DNA of 64,000 nucleotides from Ignavibacterium sp. Its GTDB lineage: Bacteria; Bacteroidota; Ignavibacteria; Ignavibacteriales; Ignavibacteriaceae. The notes beneath the pieces are model-generated. The model was not told where the DNA came from, ran no database searches, and was given only the letters and a program-made list of their open reading frames with translations. The translations under genes were made by a program, and so were the position numbers. Positions 19,494 to 29,373 of this stretch are shown piece by piece (position 1 is the first letter of the stretch; every line of letters begins with the position of its first letter). Location of the stretch: NCBI GenBank assembly GCA_037478755.1, contig JBBFMB010000001.1, positions 2,178 through 66,177 of the forward strand, in the 5' to 3' direction.

Positions 19494-21794
19494 ATGAAAA
19501 ATTTTATTCGCTGTTTCGCTTTAATAATTCTTTTCTCGGTTGTACTTTACTCACAACCAGATACAATTACAATTCTTCATATTAATGATTCACATTCAAC
19601 ACTTGAATCAATAGGTCCACGAGATGATAATTTGCAGGGAACACTCGGCGGAATTTCGAGAGTAGCCACACTTGTTGGTTTAACTGAAATGACAGAGCCG
19701 AATGTTCTTTTCCTGCACGCTGGTGATATTTCAATCGGTGATGTGTTCTTCAACAGAAATTTTCATGTCCCTGAACTTCAATTGCTAAACTCACTCGGAC
19801 TTGATGCAATGACTTTGGGAAATCATGAATTTGATTTAGGTCCTGCAGCGTTGCTCGGTTCATTACAATATGCTTTTCCAAATCCTGCTGATGCTTTTCC
19901 GCTTCTTTCTGCCAATATTGATTTTTCTGATCCTTCAATCAGTGAAATGCAGGATTATGTTTATCCTTATGTGATTAAACAATTCGGCAGCACTAAGGTT
20001 GGAATATTTGGTTTAACGACACCAGCAACAAATCTTTTATCAAATCCATCACCAGCAATAGTTAGTGATGATATTGCTACTATTGCGTTTACTACAGTTC
20101 AGACTTTACGGAATGTTGAAATGTGCAATGTTGTTATTCTTCTTTCTCATCTCGGTTTTGAGCTTGATCAGCTTATTGCTGCAAATGTTCCGGGCATTGA
20201 TGTAATTGTTGGAGGTCACGATCATTATAAATATGAAACTCCGATTTCGGTTACGAATAGTTTCGGCGGAACTGCTTTGATTGTTCAGGCGAGATCAAAT
20301 TATATGTATGCTGGAAATATGAAACTCGAGATTAATGGTTCTTCAATTAATTTGATTGATTATCAGCTTATTCCAATTGATGAAAATATTCCTAAGGAGC
20401 CAACAGTTCAAGCCGCTGTTGACGCGATGATAACAGACATAGAAACATTTTATGGAATACCATTTTACACTCAACCGATGGGTTATGCAGTTTCATACTT
20501 TGAAGAAGAAGCAACTAATCTGCTAAATCTCGGACCTCACGATACACCTGCAGGAAATCTTGTTACTGATGCTTTTAAATCTTACACTCAAACTGACATT
20601 GCAATACAAGCAGGCGGTTCAATTGCGCTTCCGCTTTGGGAAGGTGCATTTACTCCGGCAGATGTTTTTCGCCTGAACGGTTACGGATTTAATCTGACAA
20701 ATACACTGGGATTTCAACTTGTAACTTTTAATATTAGTGGTGCAGCACTAATTGCAGGACTTGAGTTCGGTTTATCTGAAATTGAAAAGAGTGACGAGTT
20801 CTTCATTCAGACTTCTGGTGTTGAATACACTTACGATGGAACAAAGCCGCAGGGTTCAAGAGTTGTTTCGGTTAAAATTAATAATCAACCGGTTAATCCA
20901 AATTCAATCTATTCTGTTACAGCCAATGAAATGGTAATTTCAATTCTCGATTATCTTCAGATTCCATATTCTGATTTGAATGTTTTTACTGGTGTTACAG
21001 AATTTCAGGCATTGACTCAATACATAATGGGACAGGGAAATGTATTAGTTCCCAAAAACCTTGGAAGAATATTAAATGTAGGAGACAGAATTCAGAAAGC
21101 GTCAATATTCGGATTTGGCTATATGAATGTTACAATACCATCTCTGTCTTCATTGGAAATGATAAATGCAAAATTATACTTTGAACTTCATGGCATAGAC
21201 AGAGGATTAAACCATAATCCGCAGGGAAAAGTTAATTTGACAATTCCAAAAATTGGAATGATTTTCAGAAGCAATTCTCTCGATTGGCTGCTTGTAGAAA
21301 ATAATAATGCTGTATTAAGAGGAACTGGTAAAATAAATTTTCAGGGGAATTACGGTTATCTTATTTTAGCAATGAACCATCCCGATAAATTGAGAGTAAT
21401 TATTTGGGATGAGAACGATAATGATAAACTTATCTTTGATAATAAGAGCTTACAAAATGTTAATGGCCTTATAAGTTTTGGCAACAGCTTGATGTTTGCT
21501 AAAGATGATTTTACATCAGAGGAAATTCCTGGCAGATTTGTTCTTGAACAAAATTATCCCAATCCATTTAATGCAGCAACTATTATCAGATATTCAATCC
21601 CTGAAGCTGCTAATGTAGAACTTAAAGTTTATGACATACTTGGTAATGAAGTTGCAACTTTGGTTAATGAATTCAAGCCTGCCGGAAGTTACGATGCTCA
21701 ATTTACAATGAATGATTTTGCTTCTGGAATTTACTTCTACAAAATAATCGCTGGTTCATTTATCGATACGAAGAAAATGATAATAATTAAATAA
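19494..21794 (+). CDS. Secreted 5'-nucleotidase/calcineurin-like metallophosphatase with a T9SS C-terminal domain
   Basis: HINDSH, AGD, LGNHEFD, SHLG, GGHDH; 5'-nucleotidase C domain; LEQNYPNPFN...KKMIIIK CTD. Confidence 0.9.
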   Translation: MKNFIRCFALIILFSVVLYSQPDTITILHINDSHSTLESIGPRDDNLQGTLGGISRVATLVGLTEMTEPNVLFLHAGDISIGDVFFNRNFHVPELQLLNSLGLDAMTLGNHEFDLGPAALLGSLQYAFPNPADAFPLLSANIDFSDPSISEMQDYVYPYVIKQFGSTKVGIFGLTTPATNLLSNPSPAIVSDDIATIAFTTVQTLRNVEMCNVVILLSHLGFELDQLIAANVPGIDVIVGGHDHYKYETPISVTNSFGGTALIVQARSNYMYAGNMKLEINGSSINLIDYQLIPIDENIPKEPTVQAAVDAMITDIETFYGIPFYTQPMGYAVSYFEEEATNLLNLGPHDTPAGNLVTDAFKSYTQTDIAIQAGGSIALPLWEGAFTPADVFRLNGYGFNLTNTLGFQLVTFNISGAALIAGLEFGLSEIEKSDEFFIQTSGVEYTYDGTKPQGSRVVSVKINNQPVNPNSIYSVTANEMVISILDYLQIPYSDLNVFTGVTEFQALTQYIMGQGNVLVPKNLGRILNVGDRIQKASIFGFGYMNVTIPSLSSLEMINAKLYFELHGIDRGLNHNPQGKVNLTIPKIGMIFRSNSLDWLLVENNNAVLRGTGKINFQGNYGYLILAMNHPDKLRVIIWDENDNDKLIFDNKSLQNVNGLISFGNSLMFAKDDFTSEEIPGRFVLEQNYPNPFNAATIIRYSIPEAANVELKVYDILGNEVATLVNEFKPAGSYDAQFTMNDFASGIYFYKIIAGSFIDTKKMIIIK

Positions 21795-21823
21795 TTTTCA
21801 CAAATGATTTTCAGGAGGTAAGT

Positions 21824-22678
21824 ATGAAAAATTTAATTTTAATCTCAGTAATCAGTTTATTTGTTTTTAGTGCTTGTACAATTAAAGATGCTTACCTCCT
21901 TCATTCAAATGTTGAATCTCCTTTGGTTCAGCCGCCGCTTCATTTGAATAATCCGGCTTCAGATAAAAACTTATCTCTGAATATAAATGTTAGCGGATTT
22001 ACTGAAAGAAATGTTGAAGGCATTGTCAGTAAATATGAACCTAACAGATTCACAGACAGCATCTACAACGGGAATAATTTTAATTGGAAATTATCACAAT
22101 ATTTATTTGAGCTTGACCTTGATTTTAAGTTATCCAGAACTGTCTTCTTATTCGGCGGCTTGAATTATTCCGGAAATGATAATTCAGACAGAGTTGGTGG
22201 AAATGTTGGTTTAGGATTTGCCGGCGGAGATTCAGTCAATCATTTCAGGTTAGATGTCGGTGCAAACTTTCAGTCAACTGACTATTCACTAATTTATTAC
22301 GCAGATGCAGAATTTCTTCCATGGAATCTGGATTTTAATTTCATCGCTTTCGAGGAAAATACTAAAACAAATTTTAATCCTTTTGTTTCTCTGACATTTT
22401 ATACAACTCATTTTGATTGGTTTGCAAACCCATTTATGCAACTTTCGTACTTGCAGCAAAATCATTTTAAGGTGAAAGTTGGCGGCGTACTTGCACTGAA
22501 TGAAGTTAATATTGAAAGTGATGTAAGTGTATTAAACATTAAACCAGGATTATCTTTTACTTTAGGTGAGAATTATTTTCTCTCGGCAGGAGCTTCAATT
22601 CAATTTTTAATGGGAATGGAAAAAGCTTCCCAAGAATTTTTTGTAACTCCATTTGCTCAGATAAATTTTAATTTTTAA
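21824..22678 (+). CDS. Hypothetical lipoprotein-signal outer-membrane beta-barrel
   Basis: FSAC lipobox; amphipathic strands; C-terminal AQINFNF. Confidence 0.6.
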   Translation: MKNLILISVISLFVFSACTIKDAYLLHSNVESPLVQPPLHLNNPASDKNLSLNINVSGFTERNVEGIVSKYEPNRFTDSIYNGNNFNWKLSQYLFELDLDFKLSRTVFLFGGLNYSGNDNSDRVGGNVGLGFAGGDSVNHFRLDVGANFQSTDYSLIYYADAEFLPWNLDFNFIAFEENTKTNFNPFVSLTFYTTHFDWFANPFMQLSYLQQNHFKVKVGGVLALNEVNIESDVSVLNIKPGLSFTLGENYFLSAGASIQFLMGMEKASQEFFVTPFAQINFNF

Positions 22679-22712
22679 TGAACCACAAATTTCATCTGAG
22701 TTTTGCCTTATG

Positions 22713-22828
22713 AGGCTGTCTCAGAAGTGTCATTCCGAATTTATTTCGGAATCTGATATTTCATTTCTGATTCAAAATAGAACCTGAAACAAGTTCAGGT
22801 TGACAAAATTAACCTTTTGAGACAGCCT
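22713..22828. mobile_element. 116-bp MITE/REPIN-like element containing an inverted REP doublet
   Basis: Terminal inverted repeats AGGCTGTCTCAGAAG / CTTTTGAGACAGCCT (14/15); internal hairpins TGTCATTCCGAA-tttat-TTCGGAAT and AACCTGAA-acaag-TTCAGGTTGACA in opposite orientations. Confidence 0.7.
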
Positions 22829-22839
22829 TTACGATTTTG

Positions 22840-25800
22840 TTATAATTCTTTTACAAGTCCTGAGTATTTTCGTTCAATCTTGAATCCGAAACGGTAAAAA
22901 TATTCTGGTCTGAAAAATCCAGTCGTAACATATTTAATATTTTTAGCTTTCATTCTGTTGAACAATTCATTCATCAATCCTTCGCTTATTCCTTTTCTTC
23001 TGTAACGGTTTGCAACAACTATTTTTTCCATCTGAACAGTATCTTCACTTGTGCGGTAGTAGAACAATCCTCCAATGATAAATCCACGATCTGATACAGC
23101 AACAAGATAATTATGCTCGGGTCTGAATGTTACAATAAGATTTGCTTCGAGGAACAACTTATGAAGTTTTGATATTTCTTTTGGATTAATTGGTGAACGA
23201 ACCAAATAAGGATTTCCATCATTATCAGTTAGTTGCACAACCAAACCAGAAGTAAATGCAGCATCGCTCTTAATTTTAAGGAAAGCAGCTGTATCAGTCG
23301 GCTTAAGATGAGGATAACTTAATCTTGTAAGGAAAAAGTTTTCTTTTTCGGTAAGTTCAAACTCAAAGCTGATGTTTGAGAGAAGATTTATAATTTCATC
23401 TTTATTCAACTTTTTAGTTCGCTGCTTTTTGATAATATCCCAAAGTATCTTCTTGAATTTATCCGAAGAATCTTTCAATACAGTTTCGATGAAAAATCTT
23501 GTTCGCACAGCAGGATAATCTTCTTCAAGGTCGAACAGACGATAAGTCTCGTAAATATCATAAATGGTTTCTGCCTGTGCAGTGAGTGAAGCTTCTTTAT
23601 TTAGTTCATACCATCTGTTAAATCTTTTAATTGCGAAGTAAAGTTGCTTGGGTAAAAATCCAAAAGTCTTAACATTTTGCAGAAACGAATCAGCTTCATT
23701 CAAAAGTTCGTTTTGGTTTGGAAAATTTCCGCGGGATTGTAACTCTTTTCTAAGTCTTTGAATAATTTCTATTCCTTTTTCTGTTCCTTCAACTTCACAG
23801 ATTGCTGAAAGCAAACTGCTGAGTGCCAAATCATTTTTCAGAACCGGAAATTCTTCTTCTGCTTTTAGAATAAATTTATTGTAAAAGTTCAGAATAAACT
23901 GATAATATGAAACAGAATTTTCTCTTTTATAAAATGATGTAATATATGAGCCAGTCTGATAATCGTGAGGCGGAAGTATAATATTTTCGGGAGCAGGATT
24001 TCCTAATTCAATTTTATCATTGGTAAATTTTCTGAATTTCAGATATGCAGCAAAAGCACTCCAGACAAAAAATCTCCACAACCATTTTATTCTGTCACTT
24101 CCGACTGAGTTGACTTTCTTTACTTCTCTGCGCAGAAATTTTGCAACTGATTCACCGGCGATATATTCCTCCGTCCACATTGAATACTCTTCCCACAATC
24201 CGCCAAACTGAGCTGCAATTCTTTCACCGCGAATTTCTTTGCCTGCAATAATTATCCATTTTATTTCTTCTTCAAGTTCTTCTTTGAAAATAGTTTTATT
24301 TACATGAAGAATAAAATCAAACGAACCATGAAATCTTGTTTGAACAGTAATTCTATAAACATTCCGAAGTTCAGAAGAATTTAAGAAGCTAATCCAAACA
24401 CCGGATGGCAATATGCTGTTTAAGTCAATCAAGATTCCATTTGAAAAAAGAAAAACAGCTTCACGAATTATTGGCTGCTCAATCAACGCTTCTGAAATTA
24501 TAAACTTATCCGCAGTATCAACATCTTCTTCAAACACAAGAACATCTTCCCACGAATATTCTTCACCTGTTTCAGGATCAATTGCATTTTTCTGATTTGC
24601 GCCCAACCATATTCTTAATCCTTTTCTCAATTCTAATCTGTTTTTAAGTGCAAGCTGACGAAGTCGTTTTGATTTTGGATAAAGCTCATACTCAAGCAAA
24701 GCAATTCTTATTCGCTTGAAAGTGATAGGATGTCTGGAACCGTAAGCAACCAATAATTTGAAATATGAAGAAATCGGAAGAACTGAAAGCTGAATTCCTG
24801 AACAATGCTGTTCATAAAAATATTTTAATGCTGAAAGTATCTCATTCAGATTATCAAATCCTTTACTGATTGTGCAGATAAAATCGATAATTTCATCATC
24901 CAGAATTGCAGGATGATTTTCTGTGTAATTGATAAGAATTGTTCTGAACTTTTCTTTTGATGAAGTCTGCAGCAGCAGCTTAAGAATTTCTTTCTTAATA
25001 CTGAATTCAAAAATTAATTCAGGATTTGAAAGCACTTCGTTTACTATTGCAAGAAGATGATGACTTTGGCTTTTGATTATTTTTCTAAAAAATAATTTTA
25101 GGTTTTCTTCAGTTGCCTCATCAGTTTTGCATTGAATTAAAGTTAATGCATTATGAAGATTAAGTAATGAGAAATCACCTTTACCAAGTGCATCTGAAAA
25201 TTTTTCAGAAACAACCAGGTCTGATGAGAGTCTTTCGAATGGCTTAATAAAATTAATATCAGCATCTTTTGTGTCTTTTCGCTGCCATTGAATTATTTCC
25301 TCACCTGTGAATGAAAGCAACTGCGAATTACCAAGCCAGTAAATTGGATTTGTAATTAAATCCTGTAAATCAATAGTTTTCCTTTTGAACTTGTAAAGAA
25401 AAGAACCAACACGCAAAATGTTTTCTTCAACATTAATAATTTCAACAGGAAGCTTTTTATTTAATTTAGGAATGACAATGTTATTATCCTTCAGATGAAT
25501 ATCGCGGCTCAGTATTCCGACTTCTCTGAGAAACCACGATGGAATTTTAATCCTTAAATTGTCTGCTTTCAGCTCAATGTAATTTTTCTCATACATTGAA
25601 TCAATCAGTTCAGCAAAATTCTTTTCAATAACTCTTCTTTTGAAAGTTCCTTTCGGAGTAAGTTCACCTGCTTCAAGAGAAAACGGTCTGTCGGTTAATC
25701 TGAAATCAACAATTCTTTCAAACGGTGCAAGGAAGTTATTCACAGAAACTATCAATGATGCGAAATATTCCTGTCGTTGTTTCTCATCTAATTTTTTAAT

Positions 25801-27594
25801 GGGAGATGTTTCTGATTCTGAATCAGGATAAATTAATACTGTGTTGAAAGGACGATGATCACCAACAAGAAAAACCTGTTTAACTGCTTCAAAATCACGG
25901 AAGAGATTTTCAATTTTTTGTGGCGCAATAGTTTCGCCTTTGATGTTCTTATAAATTTCTTTTTTCCGATCAACTATTTCAATAAATCCTTCATCATCCA
26001 TCGACATTAAATCTCCGGTTGGAAGCCAGCCATCTACGAAAGTTTTTTCAGCATCTTCACCAAAATATCCCATCATTACATAAGCACCTTTGATTAGCAA
26101 TTCGCCATCATCAGCAACTTTAATTTCAATTCCGGGTAAAGCTTTACCGAGTGAATCAGGTTTGTATTTGTGTGGAGGTGTCATTGTAATTCCTCCAGTT
26201 GCTTCAGTCATACCGAATCCGCTCATCAATTCAATTCCGTATCGTTGAAAGAATTGAAAAATTTCGGAAGGAAGATAACCAGCAGCTGAAAGTCCCCATT
26301 TAAGATTCCCGCCGGTTAATTCATCTACAATTTCTTTTATCTTTTTTTCATCTTCGGATTCAATATCTACTTTGCTTGTAATCGCTTCATAGAGCTGCAT
26401 CCATTTTTTAGGAATGCTGATGAAAATTGATGGCTTAACTAATCTGAAATTGTTTATCATAGTTTCAATGGAAGGATTTTCCATAAAAACATATTCCGCT
26501 GCCCAGAAGATTGCACCAGTCATTTCAAGCCATCTTCCAAATGTATGATACAAAGGAAGGTAAGACAGAAATCTGTCTGATTCACCAATTTCAGGAATTG
26601 CCATTGCTCTGCAAAATCGTTTGTAAACAATGTTGAGATGAGAAAACATTATTCCTTTTGGATCACCAGTTGTTCCTGAAGTATACATTATTGTTGCAAG
26701 TGTATCAGTGCTGATTTTCTTTTGAAGTATTTCAGATTTTTGATTATCTGAAGCCAACTTCAAAAAATTATCAAAATGAATTACATAATCATCAATTGCA
26801 GAACCTTTGAGCAGGATAGCTTTCTTAAGATAATTAAGATTTTCTTTTATAGATTTTATTTTCGAAAGCTGAATCTCATCATCAACAAAAATGTATTTTG
26901 CTTTAGTTTGATTGAGAATAAATTCAATGTGCTGAGGGACTGAATTTGCAGGTATCATAATATTGATAACACCTGAAGTAAGACAAGCAAGATCAAGGAA
27001 AATCATATTCAGTGAATTATCTAAAAGAAAAGCAACATAAGTTTCTTCATCGCTTTCTGAGAGTAAAGCGAGTAGAGCTTTTTTGTATTCATTAACTTTA
27101 TTATTTACCAAACTCCAGGAGTAATCAATTGTTTTTTCTCCGTCAATAATTCTGAAAAGATTTTTTTGTTCATATTGACTGATTCTCTGGGCAAAAAGCT
27201 TATCAAAAGTAAAATTACTTTTTATGATTAGCTGAAGAATAAGTTCTTCCCATTTTTTGTCGTCATAAATTCTTTTCAAAAAGCTGGGATAACGAAATAA
27301 ATTTAAGTAGCTATGCGTAATAGAATTATTTTCTTCGCTTTGCTCTAATAATTTCTTACCGGTTGAATAAAAAACTTCTGTCGGGATTTCATCCATCAAA
27401 TCGTAATCGAATCCACTTCCGATGATTTTCTCAATCAGATTCTGAAAATCAGAATTGTTGAGCGCTGAGTTGTTGAATTGCTCAAAAGCTTCAATCAGCT
27501 TGGAGACTATTTGCTTATAATCTTCTTTTTCTGCTGCAGACTTACCGGCAAGAAGAATTTCGGAAAGAGATTTCAAATCATTATTCATCGCCAA
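22840..27594 (-). CDS. Long-chain acyl-CoA synthetase (AMP-binding) fused to a helical region, a kinase-like segment and a C-terminal GNAT
   Basis: YTSGTTGDPKG, GFGMTEA, TGD, IVDRKKE, ELTPKGTFKR; C-terminal VVANRYRRKGISEGLM and FYRFGF (GNAT motifs). Confidence 0.85.
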   Translation of the reverse strand: MAMNNDLKSLSEILLAGKSAAEKEDYKQIVSKLIEAFEQFNNSALNNSDFQNLIEKIIGSGFDYDLMDEIPTEVFYSTGKKLLEQSEENNSITHSYLNLFRYPSFLKRIYDDKKWEELILQLIIKSNFTFDKLFAQRISQYEQKNLFRIIDGEKTIDYSWSLVNNKVNEYKKALLALLSESDEETYVAFLLDNSLNMIFLDLACLTSGVINIMIPANSVPQHIEFILNQTKAKYIFVDDEIQLSKIKSIKENLNYLKKAILLKGSAIDDYVIHFDNFLKLASDNQKSEILQKKISTDTLATIMYTSGTTGDPKGIMFSHLNIVYKRFCRAMAIPEIGESDRFLSYLPLYHTFGRWLEMTGAIFWAAEYVFMENPSIETMINNFRLVKPSIFISIPKKWMQLYEAITSKVDIESEDEKKIKEIVDELTGGNLKWGLSAAGYLPSEIFQFFQRYGIELMSGFGMTEATGGITMTPPHKYKPDSLGKALPGIEIKVADDGELLIKGAYVMMGYFGEDAEKTFVDGWLPTGDLMSMDDEGFIEIVDRKKEIYKNIKGETIAPQKIENLFRDFEAVKQVFLVGDHRPFNTVLIYPDSESETSPIKKLDEKQRQEYFASLIVSVNNFLAPFERIVDFRLTDRPFSLEAGELTPKGTFKRRVIEKNFAELIDSMYEKNYIELKADNLRIKIPSWFLREVGILSRDIHLKDNNIVIPKLNKKLPVEIINVEENILRVGSFLYKFKRKTIDLQDLITNPIYWLGNSQLLSFTGEEIIQWQRKDTKDADINFIKPFERLSSDLVVSEKFSDALGKGDFSLLNLHNALTLIQCKTDEATEENLKLFFRKIIKSQSHHLLAIVNEVLSNPELIFEFSIKKEILKLLLQTSSKEKFRTILINYTENHPAILDDEIIDFICTISKGFDNLNEILSALKYFYEQHCSGIQLSVLPISSYFKLLVAYGSRHPITFKRIRIALLEYELYPKSKRLRQLALKNRLELRKGLRIWLGANQKNAIDPETGEEYSWEDVLVFEEDVDTADKFIISEALIEQPIIREAVFLFSNGILIDLNSILPSGVWISFLNSSELRNVYRITVQTRFHGSFDFILHVNKTIFKEELEEEIKWIIIAGKEIRGERIAAQFGGLWEEYSMWTEEYIAGESVAKFLRREVKKVNSVGSDRIKWLWRFFVWSAFAAYLKFRKFTNDKIELGNPAPENIILPPHDYQTGSYITSFYKRENSVSYYQFILNFYNKFILKAEEEFPVLKNDLALSSLLSAICEVEGTEKGIEIIQRLRKELQSRGNFPNQNELLNEADSFLQNVKTFGFLPKQLYFAIKRFNRWYELNKEASLTAQAETIYDIYETYRLFDLEEDYPAVRTRFFIETVLKDSSDKFKKILWDIIKKQRTKKLNKDEIINLLSNISFEFELTEKENFFLTRLSYPHLKPTDTAAFLKIKSDAAFTSGLVVQLTDNDGNPYLVRSPINPKEISKLHKLFLEANLIVTFRPEHNYLVAVSDRGFIIGGLFYYRTSEDTVQMEKIVVANRYRRKGISEGLMNELFNRMKAKNIKYVTTGFFRPEYFYRFGFKIERKYSGLVKEL

Positions 27595-27644
27595 AAAAGT
27601 TTTGTGAGAGTTTATATTAAAATTATATCAATGCGAGGGCAAAT

Positions 27645-27678
27645 AAAAAATGCCTTAGCGTTATCAATTGCTAAGGCA
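27645..27678 (-). terminator. Rho-independent terminator
   Basis: TGCCTTAGC...GCTAAGGCA stem with A6 on the plus side (U-tract on minus), after the 65-aa gene. Confidence 0.75.
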
Positions 27679-27725
27679 AAAAACTATTAGAAATTTTTTT
27701 AATAAAAATAAATGAGCTTCAATAT

Positions 27726-27923
27726 TTAGTCATTCAATTTGGATTTTCTGGATTTATCGATAATAACACCTAATCCTCCGACTAAAATTCCACTTACTAA
27801 TCCAAGAGCAATGTTGTGCAAAGCAGCTCCCAAAGCTATACCTAAAGCTACACCAACACCCATTTGAACAAAATTCATCTTCTTTGTTGAATTTGAATTA
27901 ATATTCTTTTCGGAGTTTGTCAT
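27726..27923 (-). CDS. Small Gly-zipper membrane protein
   Basis: GVGVALGIALGAAL..IALGLVSGILVGGLG hydrophobic hairpin. Confidence 0.7.
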   Translation of the reverse strand: MTNSEKNINSNSTKKMNFVQMGVGVALGIALGAALHNIALGLVSGILVGGLGVIIDKSRKSKLND

Positions 27924-27934
27924 AATTATTTATT

Positions 27935-27966
27935 TTGTAGAGACACGCAACAGCGCGTCTCTACAA
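27935..27966. repeat. GTAG-family REP palindrome
   Basis: TTGTAGAGACACGC-aaca-GCGCGTCTCTACAA, a GC-rich palindrome with GTAG ends just after the gltA stop. Confidence 0.7.
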
Positions 27967-27983
27967 GGAGTTTACTTTAAAAA

Positions 27984-29297
27984 TTATTTTTTAATACCAG
28001 CTGCTTCTTCAAGCATTTCTGTTGTAACTGATTTGGGTCTTTCAATCGGATAACCAAGTCCACGATCCCATATAATGTTTGCACAAACACCCAAAGCTCT
28101 TCCAACAGCAAATAATACTGTGTAGAAATCATATTCTCTTAGACCATAATACCATTGAATTACACCAGATTGTGCGTCAACATTTGGCCATGGATTTTTT
28201 GCTTTACCTTGTTCTAACAAAATTGGAGGAACAACTTTATAAAGCAAGTCAACATACTTGAATAATGGATCATCTGGTAAATGTTTCAGACAAAATTCTC
28301 TCTGAGCAGTATAGCGCGGATCAGTTTTTCTGAGAACAGCATGACCAAATCCGGGAATTACCTGACCAGATTTCAATGTATCCCAAACAAACTGTTTCAT
28401 TTCTTCTTCAGTTGGAACTTTGCCGCCTTTCTTTTCATAAATTTCCTGAATCCATTTAAGAACTTCCTGATTTGCAAGTCCGTGTAATGGACCAGCAAGA
28501 CCATTAACCATTCCTGATATTGAGTAATAAATATCAGACAAAGCGGATGCAATTAAGTGTCCTGCGTGTGCGCTTACATTTCCGCTTTCGTGATCACTGT
28601 GAAGAATAAAATACATTCTCGAAACATCATCATAAGGTTTTGGAATTCCCATCATATGAGCAAAGTTTCCGCCCCAATCAAGATTTGGGTTTGAAGGAAT
28701 TATATCACCATTTTTATATTTCCATCTGTAAATGAATGAGGCAATCCGTGGAAGCTTTGCAAGCAGATTTAATGAGTCTTCATAAGTTGGAGCCCAGTAA
28801 TCATTTTTATGAAGTTTGCCTTCTTCATATTCTTTGAAGAATATTGATTCTCTTTGCATCGAAACAATTGCAGCTGACAGCATTGCCATTGGGTGAGAAT
28901 CTTTTGGTAAAGCTTTCAACATATCAAAAACATACTGCGGAACTTCCTGTCTTTTCTTGAATTCTTCAGCAACTTCTTCAACATCCTGCATTGATGGAAT
29001 ATCACCAGTTAAAAGAAAGTAGAAAAATCCTTCAACATAAGGCATTTCACCGCCAGGAACTTTCGGAAGTTTTTCTAAAACTTCGGGAATTGTTAATCCT
29101 CTGAAACGAATTCCTTCAAAGGGATCGAGATAAGAAATATCAGTAACAAGACATTTGATATCCCGGGCACCGCCAATTACTTGTCCGATTGTAACTTCGT
29201 CAATTTTAACATTTCCGAATTCTTTAATCAATCGGGCTGTTCTTGGACGCCATCCTTCAATTTTTTCTTTGAGTTTGTTTTTGAGTATCTGAGACAT
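27984..29297 (-). CDS. gltA: Citrate (Si)-synthase, eukaryote-like type
   Basis: HSDHESGNVSAH, GLAGPLHGLANQE, PGFGHAVLRKTDPR, NPWPNVDA, IERPKS. Confidence 0.95.
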   Translation of the reverse strand: MSQILKNKLKEKIEGWRPRTARLIKEFGNVKIDEVTIGQVIGGARDIKCLVTDISYLDPFEGIRFRGLTIPEVLEKLPKVPGGEMPYVEGFFYFLLTGDIPSMQDVEEVAEEFKKRQEVPQYVFDMLKALPKDSHPMAMLSAAIVSMQRESIFFKEYEEGKLHKNDYWAPTYEDSLNLLAKLPRIASFIYRWKYKNGDIIPSNPNLDWGGNFAHMMGIPKPYDDVSRMYFILHSDHESGNVSAHAGHLIASALSDIYYSISGMVNGLAGPLHGLANQEVLKWIQEIYEKKGGKVPTEEEMKQFVWDTLKSGQVIPGFGHAVLRKTDPRYTAQREFCLKHLPDDPLFKYVDLLYKVVPPILLEQGKAKNPWPNVDAQSGVIQWYYGLREYDFYTVLFAVGRALGVCANIIWDRGLGYPIERPKSVTTEMLEEAAGIKK

Positions 29298-29373
29298 GAC
29301 TCCTCCTGATAAGTAGTTGTAGGAATGCTCATTCTCATAAAGAATGAAATTTGTTTATACAAATATAAGAAGT

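Noticed and set aside
27984-29297. Eukaryote-like citrate synthase as a recent horizontal transfer
   Set aside because: This type is already known in several bacterial groups, and its composition matches its neighbours.
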